Source: an uncultured Thermoplasmata archaeon (GTDB lineage Archaea > Thermoplasmatota > Thermoplasmata > Lutacidiplasmatales > UBA184). From it: a DNA stretch of 64,000 bases. A model generated the notes under the pieces. The model had not been told where the DNA came from, did no database searches, and saw only the letters and a list, made by a program, of their open reading frames with translations. Positions 50,637 to 59,547 of this stretch are shown in pieces (positions within the stretch are counted from its first letter, which is position 1; each line of letters starts with the position of its first letter). Location of the stretch: NCBI GenBank assembly GCA_963696985.1, contig CAVOMG010000002.1, positions 3,681-67,680 on the forward strand, read 5' to 3'. A program made the position numbers and the translations under genes.

Positions 50637-51653
50637 CTACACTGAAATGGCTACCCTTCCGAGCGCGAGTCCGGAGTCGACGCGCCGGTGGCCCTCGGGA
50701 AGCTCGTCCAATGGATACACTCGATCGATGGCGGGGTGCACCTTGCCGGCTTCGATGAGCCCGCGGAGGATGTCCAGTTCCTCGGGCCGTGGAGGCGATC
50801 CGCGGACAACGACTCTCTTGCCGCCCCAACCTGAGATGAACAGCGCCCGGATCATCGCAGAGAGTCGAGGGTTCACGGCCAGGTAAGTGCCTCCGCGGCG
50901 CAGCGCTCGCAAGCACGCCGAGAGCCGGCGGCGTCCCACCGCGTCGAGTATTACGTCATAGGTGTCGGAGGCCCGAGTGAAGTCCTCCTGAGCGTAATCG
51001 ATCACCTGGTCGGCCCCCAGCCGTCGGAGGAGCTCGAGCTTTCGGGTTCCGTCCACGCCCGTTACCTCCGCTCCCAAGGCCTTGGCCAACTGGATGGCGA
51101 GGGCCCCGATGCCCCCACCCGCCCCGTTGATCAGAACCCTGCGCCCTCGGAGAGTTCCAGCCTGGTTGAGAAAGTGCAGCGCTTCGAGACCGCCCGTGGG
51201 AATGGTCGCGGCCTCTTCGAAGGACATGTTGGCCGGTTTGATCGCTACGGCGCTGTCGCGAGCGTCCTCTCGAAGAGCGATGTACTCGGCATACGCCCCG
51301 AAACCGAATCCCGTCGTCCCGTAGACCGCATCGCCGATCCGGAGGCGGGCCACGCCTTCGCCGACGGCCTCGACCTCCCCGGCGAATTCCTGCCCCAACA
51401 CTTTACGCCGGGGGCGGACCGGCCCCATCAACAGTCGGACCAGAACGCGCATTCCGAGGCCAAACCGGAGGGCGCGCAACTCGCAGTCGCCGGCCGCCAC
51501 CGCCGTGGCGCGGATCCGGATGAGAATCTCGTGGGCCTTGGGGGTCGGCTTGGGGACATCCTGGAGGTGGAGTCCCTCAGGGGGACCGTACTCCGTCCAG
51601 ACGATCGCTCGAATCGGTCCCACCCCTTTCACGAAGCGTGGGGAACTCCCCAC
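50637..51653 (-). CDS. NAD(P)-dependent MDR oxidoreductase (quinone reductase/ADH-like)
   Basis: YGPPE, GQEFAG, GAYAEY, INGAGGGIG, VIDY. Confidence 0.9.
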   Translation of the reverse strand: MGSSPRFVKGVGPIRAIVWTEYGPPEGLHLQDVPKPTPKAHEILIRIRATAVAAGDCELRALRFGLGMRVLVRLLMGPVRPRRKVLGQEFAGEVEAVGEGVARLRIGDAVYGTTGFGFGAYAEYIALREDARDSAVAIKPANMSFEEAATIPTGGLEALHFLNQAGTLRGRRVLINGAGGGIGALAIQLAKALGAEVTGVDGTRKLELLRRLGADQVIDYAQEDFTRASDTYDVILDAVGRRRLSACLRALRRGGTYLAVNPRLSAMIRALFISGWGGKRVVVRGSPPRPEELDILRGLIEAGKVHPAIDRVYPLDELPEGHRRVDSGLALGRVAISV

Positions 51654-51683
51654 CTAGTCGCTCGAACCCTGCTGGGATTCCCG

Positions 51684-52418
51684 CTAGACACCCGGCGTCG
51701 GGAGCGAGGGGGCCTTCCCCCTCGACAGAGCGAAGACCTTCCACCCGAAGAGTAGGGGGAACACGACGAAGGTGAGCGCGGCGGGGATCGCGAACACCGC
51801 GGAGGTGACCGGGACGGCGGCCACACCGATGAGCCCGACGATCCCGATCACGCCGGTCAGTCCGCCGAGGGCCCGGCCGAACCCCGGGGCCTTGAGCATC
51901 GCGAGCCCGAGGATGATGAAACCGACGGAGAGGAAGATGTAGGCGCAGGTGTCGAACTCGTTGAACATGCCTTGCGTCGCCTGCCAGACGATCACGGCCG
52001 CATCCTGCTGCGCCGCGGTCGCCCCGGCCGCGTGGTACTGCGCGGAGATCTGAGCCATCGCCACGTTCGGTTCGCTCTCGACCGCGAGCACCGCGAGACC
52101 GAGGAAGCTCAGACCCAATCCAAAGACGGCGGGGGCGAGGTTCGAGCGCCGGAGATACCGATAGAGGGCGAGGAAGAGCGGGACCATCAGGATCGTTCCC
52201 ACCAGGAAGAGGGTCTGGCCGACGATGATCTGCGTTTGCAAACCGGGGAACCGCATGATCGGTCCCGCTCCGGCGGCCGTGGTGCCCGTTCCAATGAAGG
52301 CCACTTGGTAGATGATCGACGCGACGAAGACGATCCCTCCGAGCAATCCGGACAGACCGCCCCAACGGAGGACAGACGTCTCTTGCTCTCGGGAAATCCC
52401 GCTGTACTCTTCCGACAC
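51684..52418 (-). CDS. Multi-pass membrane protein (DUF4386-like)
   Basis: About 6 TM segments; likely GTG start at 52418 (ORF open to 52526). Confidence 0.65.
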   Translation of the reverse strand: MSEEYSGISREQETSVLRWGGLSGLLGGIVFVASIIYQVAFIGTGTTAAGAGPIMRFPGLQTQIIVGQTLFLVGTILMVPLFLALYRYLRRSNLAPAVFGLGLSFLGLAVLAVESEPNVAMAQISAQYHAAGATAAQQDAAVIVWQATQGMFNEFDTCAYIFLSVGFIILGLAMLKAPGFGRALGGLTGVIGIVGLIGVAAVPVTSAVFAIPAALTFVVFPLLFGWKVFALSRGKAPSLPTPGV

Positions 52419-52807
52419 GGTGTCGCCAGCCGTCAAAGAGGATAACCTAACGCCAATCTGTGCAAATCCCGAAAAGGCTCCGTCGAGGACGATAACCGAC
52501 AGCCCGGCTGAGACACTTCGGGGCATTTGGACTCCCGTTCCTTGCCGAAGCTCGTGGACCTAGATGGACGCAATGACCCTACAAAGTTGACTGTTCGAAC
52601 TCGGTTGGACTCGCGTCTGCGGGGGCTAAAGCCAAGATTGCTAGTTCGCACTACTGCCCGAGATCAATCGGTTCCCGAGATGGTCCGGCCATGCTCGTCT
52701 CCCCTTGACGAAACCCGTGCCATGATCCCCGGCCGAGCCCGGCGCCAACGGCCCGCGCTTGGGTGCGAGCACGAAAGGTCTTTCCGCCGGGTCGAATTGG
52801 AAGCGAC

Positions 52808-53098
52808 ATGGCGAGCTGCGACGCGGCCCACAAGGTTTTCGACTCCCTGGTGAAGAGGGGGATCCAGGTCGGGGATCTCCCCGATTGGACCTGCGTAGGC
52901 GGCAGGGTTGCCTATCGAGTGGTACAGGGCCCCTATGAGCAGTTGCCGAGGGCCTGGGTGGACTTCCCTTCGCAGGCTCTCGGCGCGGCTCGGTCGGCCC
53001 CTCGCGGGCCGCCCGGAGATGTCTACATCTGCACCCCGATGGACCACCCCGACGATCCGTCGAAGATGCTGACCGTGCTCTACATCCCGGTGCGGTAG
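52808..53098 (+). CDS. GyrI-like small-molecule-binding domain protein
   Basis: GPYEQLPRAW...GPP..VY...P...LTVLYIPV. Confidence 0.65.
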   Translation: MASCDAAHKVFDSLVKRGIQVGDLPDWTCVGGRVAYRVVQGPYEQLPRAWVDFPSQALGAARSAPRGPPGDVYICTPMDHPDDPSKMLTVLYIPVR

Positions 53099-53275
53099 CC
53101 GAGACCGGCACCTGAGTGACTCTCTCCCCCGCGCCAGCTTTGAATCGTCTTGGGCATCGGAACGCGCCTAAGAGGTGAGGCATAGACTCCCCGCGGCGAC
53201 CTGAACGCCGGCATCGTGCGATTGACCGAACCCTCTGCCGTCAAGCCCTTTATTGCTCGATGAACTCGGCTGACC

Positions 53276-53650
53276 ATGCCGCCACAGACTCCCCGGACCC
53301 CGAAGACGGTGGACGAGTACCTCGCCCGGCTTCCGCCGGAGTCCCGAGCCGCCCTCGTGCGGATGCGCAAGCTCATCCAGACGGCCGCGCCCCGGGCCGA
53401 GGAGCTGATCAGCTACGGCCACCCGGCCTTTCGTCAAGGAAAGATGCGAGTGAACTACGCCGCTTTCCGGGACCACTTGAGCTTCTACGGATGGATGAGG
53501 GTTCGAGACCAGTTCTCTGAACAACTGAAGCCGTTCGAGTCGGGCAAGGGGACGCTGATGTTCACTCCCGACCGGGCCCTGCCCTCGGACCTGGTGAAGG
53601 GCCTCGTGACCGCGCTGCTCGCGCTGGACCACGAGTCTCGCCCCGGGTAG
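53276..53650 (+). CDS. DUF1801/YdhG-family protein
   Basis: TVDEYLA, ISYGHPAF, AAFRDHLSFY, KGTL.F; TTTATT box upstream. Confidence 0.85.
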   Translation: MPPQTPRTPKTVDEYLARLPPESRAALVRMRKLIQTAAPRAEELISYGHPAFRQGKMRVNYAAFRDHLSFYGWMRVRDQFSEQLKPFESGKGTLMFTPDRALPSDLVKGLVTALLALDHESRPG

Positions 53651-53779
53651 CCGTGGGTTCCTCGCTCTGCCGGCCGTCTTCCCACCGGCCTAACCCTTGA
53701 CGTCGAATCATCGCGGCTCGCGAGGCGGGGGCCTAAACGATTTAGCTGAACTAGGCTGATTCGAGGAAAGGGCACGATC

Positions 53780-54091
53780 ATGCCTCCCACGCATGCGCTC
53801 GAACAGGCGCCCCCTTCGCCGGGGGCCGCCGTTAGCGTGACGGTGAATGGGCGCCCCTTGGCGGTCTTCAACGTCGGGTCGACCCTCCTGGCCATCGACG
53901 CCGGGTGTACCCACGTCAACGGCCCCCTCGAGAAAGGACGAGTGGAAGGGAACATCGTGACCTGCCCATGGCACGGATCCCAGTTCGATCTGCGAACGGG
54001 GGAAGTTCGTCGAGGCCCGGCCGCTCGGCCCGTCAAGACGTACCCGGTTCGGGTCGAGAATGGGATGCTTGTGGTCGATCTTCCCGAGTAG
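53780..54091 (+). CDS. Rieske [2Fe-2S] ferredoxin
   Basis: CTH...CPWHGSQFD. Confidence 0.93.
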   Translation: MPPTHALEQAPPSPGAAVSVTVNGRPLAVFNVGSTLLAIDAGCTHVNGPLEKGRVEGNIVTCPWHGSQFDLRTGEVRRGPAARPVKTYPVRVENGMLVVDLPE

Positions 54092-54273
54092 GGAAGGGAG
54101 CCGAGAGGCGTTCGACCCTTCGATCGGCACGGGCAGCGAATCGACACTGGGTCTCCGTTCCTATCCATCGATCCGGCTTCCACTTTGGGTGGCCGGATTC
54201 CGACAAGGTGGGGGCGGAACCGCGCTCCTTCTCCGGGGCGCCCCTCTATGTAGCCGACCGGGGTAGCCGAGGC

Positions 54274-54555
54274 ATGGTCACCTGCGAAAATCAGAAGGCC
54301 GCGAGCCACGCGTTTCCCCGAGGTCCCGCGCCCGTGGAGGACCGACGGATGACCCTCGAGTACCAGTGCCGGGAGTCCGCCACCTATGCTTCAACGCTGA
54401 AGGGCATGGGGACGGGAAAGGACCGCCACGGGGGTTCGATCGCGACCTTCAATCTGTGCGAGAACCACAACCAGCTCTTCCAGATGGTCGACTCCGAGCT
54501 CGTCGAGGACGGCTGGTCGCCCAGCTACATGGGCAAGAAACCGGTTTCGCTCTGA
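54274..54555 (+). CDS. Small hypothetical protein (possible Cys/His metal site)
   Basis: 93-aa ORF with C...C...CENH and GC-rich third codon positions. Confidence 0.5.
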   Translation: MVTCENQKAASHAFPRGPAPVEDRRMTLEYQCRESATYASTLKGMGTGKDRHGGSIATFNLCENHNQLFQMVDSELVEDGWSPSYMGKKPVSL

Positions 54556-54729
54556 ACCGGCCGTCGGATATCCGAGCGGCGAAACCCTACCCGTTGTCGG
54601 GCTTACCGACACCGCCATCCGGTAGACTAACGGGACCGATCCACTCGGCCCCGGCCAGCCCGTGGGTCCGTCCAACGGCGGCCGGGACCCGTCGACGTAG
54701 CCCGGGCCGCGAACGGCCGAGTAGAGTCC

Positions 54730-55186
54730 TCAGCTCACGGCTCTCTTCACGAGGCCCGCGATCCGCGCCTCTTCGGCCGGCGTCAGACTCCTTGAGCGCG
54801 AAATCGGTGGGCCACATCCGGCCCTCATCCAGGTTCGCCGAGTCACTGAAGCCCAGCGTGGCGTACCGTGTCTTGAATTTCTCGGCCGCTCGGAAGAAGC
54901 AGATCACACTCTCCCCCGTAGTATAGGCGGGCATGCCGTACCAGGTCCTCGGTGTGAGGGCCGGCGCATTGACCTTGACGATGGCGTGGATCTTCTCGGC
55001 CATCGCCCGATCCGAAGGCTGCATCTGGGCGATCTTGGCGAGGACTTCCTGCTCCCCATCGACGTGGCTTGCCCGCGAGCGCGCCCTTCGCTCTCGGACG
55101 GCCTCCTTCATCGCCGCCCGCTCCTCTGCGGTGAACCCGGAGGCGGAGTCCTGCGCGCCCTTCTTGATGTGCTGCTTCTCAGCCAT
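54730..55186 (-). CDS. DUF1801/YdhG-family protein, actinobacterial type (indel near 54787)
   Basis: FTAEERAAMKE, WYGMPAY, KFKTRYATLGFSD.ANLD.G.MWPT; shifted end ELTPAEEARI..LVKRAVS. Confidence 0.85.
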
Positions 55187-55389
55187 AGGAAGTCGCACAT
55201 GGGGGACGTCGATAAGCTGCTCGTTTGGGGCCCACCGCCTGGAGACTAGGTGCACCTCGAGAGAGACCGCGATCGGGATCGAGCACGCCGGATTGCGAGA
55301 ATGGGCTCCACGGGAAGCCCGTGGAGCGGGGAATGGGGTGGGTTGTGGCCGAACGCACGTTCTAAATCCATGACCCCCTCCGGCGGGCT

Positions 55390-57266
55390 ATGCGCTGTGA
55401 GTTCCTGACGTCCTCTAGTCGCCGTACCTCCCAGTCCGTCCTGGCTGTCACGATCGCGGGTCTCGCGATCTTGGCTGCGCTCGGGCTAGGGACGGGCCAC
55501 CTTACCCTGCCCGGTGCCACCCCTTCCGCCGCCGGATCGACGGCCGGTCCGGCGATCCCCGCCGTCCCCACGTCCTCTCGCGGGTGTCCCGATCCCGCTT
55601 CGTCGGGCCTCACGTGTGACGTGACAAGGTCCATGGTTTCGAGCGCGCCGACCCTGGATTATCAATGGACCAACGTGTCGGAGGAGTCGGCGACAACACC
55701 GAGCGCCCGGGCCGGCGCGGACATGGTCTGGGATGCCTCGGACAGCTATTTCCTGCTCTATGGAGGCTTCAATACCCTCGGCAACCCCATGGCCGACACT
55801 TGGACGTACGCCAATGGCAGCTGGACCAACATCACCTCGACGATCCTCGGCACGCCGCCCGCCCTAATCGGACCGATGGCCTACGACCCCTCGACCCACA
55901 CGGTCGTCCTCGTCGGGACCTTTGCGATCTCGAGCAACTCCGGGAGTTTCACGTGGAGCTACCATAACCGGGTGTGGACGAACCTCACCGCGTCCTCGGG
56001 GACGCCGCCGGCCCGCCGCTCAGGCGAGGCCCTGACCACGGACACGGCCGCCAACGACGTGCTCCTGTTCGGCGGGTACCGCAATGGGAACCCCCCGTTC
56101 CAGAACGATACCTGGATGTTCCAGAATGGGCAGTGGACGAACATCACCTCGACGGTGGGGCCGATCCCGGGGAATTTCATCTACCCCAGTTTGGGGGATG
56201 ACCCCGCCATCGGAGGGGCCGTCCTCGCCATCGGGGCGTTCTTCGGGGGCGCCTTCCAGACCCTGACCTACCTCTTTGCGAACGGCCATTGGCAGAACGT
56301 GACCGCGACCCTCACGCGATCCCCGCCCCTCTCGCAATGGCCCTCGGGGGGCTATCTGCCCGCGATCTCGGCGTACGTGTGGATCTCGACCTGGCTCACT
56401 CAGCGGAACGGAGCCAACGCCTACACCCCGGTCACCTGGGAGTTCGTGGATGGCGGGTGGGTGAACGATACGGTACCGACCGCCACGGGTTACTACACCT
56501 TCCTCCCATCCGGGGCGGCGGACCCGATCGACAGCAGTTTCCTCTTGTACGGAGGGGATGGGGCCAACGGCCCGTACTACCACTCCACTTGGGTCCTCTC
56601 GAGCGGGCCCTCGGTCTCGGTGACCTCCTCAAGATCATCCGTCGATGAAGGCCAAACGGCCTGGGTCAACGCCTCACTACAGGGGGGCTCTCGCCGGTCA
56701 CCTTGAGCTGGAGCCTCAGCGACGGCGGCACCGGAACGGTCGCGCAGGTCGACCATGCCTTCGACACCCCCGGCGTCGTGACCGCCACGGTGACCGCCAC
56801 CGACCGGCTGGGCCGTGCCGGGATGGCCACGGTCGCGGTGATCGTGAACCCTACGGTCAGCGTAGCGCCGACGTCGGTTCCCTCCGCCCCGCCGGCCGGG
56901 GCTTTGGTCGCCTTCCTGAGCGGTCTTTCGGGAGGGGCATCGCCCTACACCTTCAACTGGACATTCGGCGATGGCAGTTCGAGCGCGGCCCCGGCCCCGA
57001 CGCACACGTTCGCGCATGCCGGTAGCTACACCGTCCATCTCACCGTCACGGACGATCTCGGCGCGACCGCGACCGGCTCGTTCGTAGAGACGGTGGGGGC
57101 CGCCCCTTCGACCTCTTCCGGGGGGGGCAGCGTCAGCCTGACGTCGGGTACCGGCCTCGCTCTGCTCCTCGGGCTCCTGATCGTGGCGATCCTGGCCGTC
57201 GTCTTCGCCGCGCTCTGGGTCGGCGCCTCAAGAAAGCCACCGACCCCTCCAGGTCAGACGAGCTGA
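55390..57266 (+). CDS. Secreted Kelch-like beta-propeller + PKD surface protein with a C-terminal TM (indel near 56690)
   Basis: Signal-like N-terminus, repeated LLYGG...DTW.Y..G.WTN, PKD WTFGDG/HTF..AG.Y.V.LTVTD, C-terminal anchor. Confidence 0.8.
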
Positions 57267-57444
57267 CACCGCGGTCGCCGGTCGCTTCGCGGTAAGGCCC
57301 CGATCCGGGCGACCTCGTCCCCCGACTCGGGCCGTCCGCTCAGAATGGCCGACTCTCGGCGGCGTACGCGGTTGGTCGCCGATTCGGTTCAGTGGCAACC
57401 CCAGCGCATCGGTTCGAGGAATCTGCTATGTAGCCTCCGCTCGA

Positions 57445-57612
57445 ATCGGATGGATTGAATGCGGACTGTTCGGGGCGACTACATCATCCCCCCCTCGTTG
57501 GGTTGTTCTGGTCCGCTCCCGCCATCAGCTATTTGCGCCCGAAGCGCACGAAGACAATTGCGGCGAGGGACCCCAGGGCGGCGTCCTGCACTCAAGGGCG
57601 TGCGACCGTCCG
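57445..57612 (-). ncRNA. Putative bridge RNA / seekRNA
   Basis: Two stem-closed internal loops; the first contains CCCUUGAG, identical to the flank plus core at 58728-58735. Confidence 0.7.
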
Positions 57613-58653
57613 TTAGGACGTCGCAGATTCAAGCCTGCAGCTCGGCCGCTCTGGAGCGTGAGGGGTATACGGGCTTCCCCGTTTCAAGATTGCGTAGATG
57701 ACCCGCAAGAGGGCGTGGGCCGAGTCGATAGCCCCGCGCTTGGCACCCTTCCGGCGAGCCCCTCGGCGGCCGACTCGAGCCACGTAACTCCCTCGAGCCC
57801 TCTGCCGATGGATGTAGCTCGCCTCGACCAAGATCCACCGAAGGAGGTGGTTACAGTCGGATTTCAGCCTACCCTTGCGAGAAGTCTCACCGGTCTGGAA
57901 ATTCGTAGGGCAGACCCCACAGTAAGAGCTCAGTTCATCGAAGCTCGCGAACCGGTCAATGGGACAAAGGAACGCCACCAATGTGACTGCGGTCAGCTCC
58001 CCGATTCCCGGGATCGACTCGAGGAGTTGTGCCTCCTTCGACTCGAGGAATCCGGCATGGATTGCCGCATCGAGCTCCCGGGTGGCAAGGTCGAGCTCGA
58101 CGAGCCGGTCCAGGCCCCGGTCGACTTGGGGGAGTTGAAGCGATCGCAGTTCTTCTCGACGGCGTTTGAGACCGAGGATCCCGTCTTGGTATGGAACCCC
58201 TTTCGCGGCGAGGAGGGCGTAGGTGTGATTCGTGACCGCCTTCTGGAGCTTACGGTAGAAGACCCGATCCCGAACGACTCGACGCAGTGCGCGAGACTCC
58301 CCCGAGGGAACGAAGGCGGTGGGGAGAGCCCGAAGTCGAAGGAGGGTGGCGAGAGCTTCGGAGTCGACCTTGTCCGACTTTAGGCTGGCATCGGCGATCA
58401 GTCGGGTCTTGTAAGGGTGGGAGAGCGTGACGTCGGCACCGGCGGCGACCGCCGCGTCATGAAAGTGCTCCCACATCGAGCATGCCTCGATGGCAACATG
58501 TTTGGTCCCGGGAAGTCGTTGGAGGTAGGCGATCAGTTCGGCGTCGGTGGGCCCAAGGGATGACTGATCGACCAACGTACCCCAAGGATCGACGGCAGTG
58601 GCGACGGCTCCCTTTCGACTAATGTCCAACCCCACGAAGGTCTCTGCTTCCAT
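57613..58653 (-). CDS. IS110-family DEDD recombinase/transposase
   Basis: VGLDIS, AIEA, KSDKVDS, SIPGIG, YCGVCP..FQTG. Confidence 0.92.
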   Translation of the reverse strand: MEAETFVGLDISRKGAVATAVDPWGTLVDQSSLGPTDAELIAYLQRLPGTKHVAIEACSMWEHFHDAAVAAGADVTLSHPYKTRLIADASLKSDKVDSEALATLLRLRALPTAFVPSGESRALRRVVRDRVFYRKLQKAVTNHTYALLAAKGVPYQDGILGLKRRREELRSLQLPQVDRGLDRLVELDLATRELDAAIHAGFLESKEAQLLESIPGIGELTAVTLVAFLCPIDRFASFDELSSYCGVCPTNFQTGETSRKGRLKSDCNHLLRWILVEASYIHRQRARGSYVARVGRRGARRKGAKRGAIDSAHALLRVIYAILKRGSPYTPHAPERPSCRLESATS

Positions 58654-58778
58654 GCGGCGCCCCCGAGGAGAGGACAAGGGGCGCCGCGTATGGGACTTGC
58701 CTCGCATCGAGCGGAGGCTATCATGACCTCAAGGGAGCGCTTCCCCAGAGATCGTCTCCCTGGTGCTACCGACCGGAT

Positions 58779-59216
58779 TCAGCCGCGCAGGTAGGCTTGG
58801 TCCTCGGCGTCGATGTCGTCGAACACTCGCCGGATGATCGGACCTTGGGGAATGAAGAAGGGGAGAACGGTGATCTTGAGGTCCCCGCCGGAGCGGATCC
58901 GGGTGCCTCCCGACTCTTCCGCGTAATGGCTCTCCATCCAGCTCCCTGAAGCGTACGGACCTTCGCTCGTCACGATCTCCCAGCGGAAACTGTCGGGCGG
59001 CTTGGCCGTGACCCGCCACTGGGAGGTCAGGATCTTACCTCGCGCGTCGATCTTCCGATCGAACACCGTCGTGTGGCCCTCTCGGGAGACCGTTCGCGAC
59101 TCCTTGACCAGGGGGTGGATCTTGGTGATCAGCTGATCGTCCAGATGGTCGTTGAGGAGTTTCCAGAGGCGGTCGCGCGGGAACGGGAACAACTGATCGA
59201 ATTCGTAGGCGACCAT
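58779..59216 (-). CDS. SRPBCC/START-like hypothetical protein
   Basis: FPFPRDRLWKLL...IHP, beta-strand run and C-terminal helix. Confidence 0.6.
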   Translation of the reverse strand: MVAYEFDQLFPFPRDRLWKLLNDHLDDQLITKIHPLVKESRTVSREGHTTVFDRKIDARGKILTSQWRVTAKPPDSFRWEIVTSEGPYASGSWMESHYAEESGGTRIRSGGDLKITVLPFFIPQGPIIRRVFDDIDAEDQAYLRG

Positions 59217-59547
59217 GCGGGCGAACCGAGCGAGCGGAGACCTCGGTAAAGAGGCTTCCGCCGCTTTCCTCATCGAGGTACGGTCCGCGGCCGAGCGAAG
59301 CGCGATCCGCCTCGCTCCGATGCCGGGAACCCGAGGGGAATCCCCTCGAGACCCTCACGGCGCCGGCACAAGTAGGCGGGAGCGGTGGGATGGGCGGTCG
59401 CGAGGTCTCGGGGGGTCTCGAGGCCGGCGCGGCTCGCATCTCACGCTTTCCGGAGATTCGGCCCCCTTTCCTTTATCGATGACCCATCGCGGAGCGGGCC
59501 GTTTGCCACCGGTCCGGAGAAGGGCCTCCGTTCCGCAGAGGCGACGT

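Larger units (their letters stand above)
57428..58729 (-). mobile_element. IS110 family, IS1111-type element
   Basis: 14-bp subterminal inverted repeats TAGCCTCCGCTCGA (57431-44) and TCGAGCGGAGGCTA (58707-20), 3 and 7 nt inside CT dinucleotides at 57426-27 and 58728-29; long 3' non-coding end. Confidence 0.85.

Noticed and set aside
440-56700. Many frameshifted genes read as pseudogenes or programmed frameshifts (REase, UvrD, purH, sodN, purC, metE, tsaC, methyltransferase and others)
   Set aside because: These are single-base indels, often in G/C homopolymers, spread evenly and hitting core housekeeping genes with otherwise intact motifs. This pattern fits long-read consensus error; read-level polishing would confirm.
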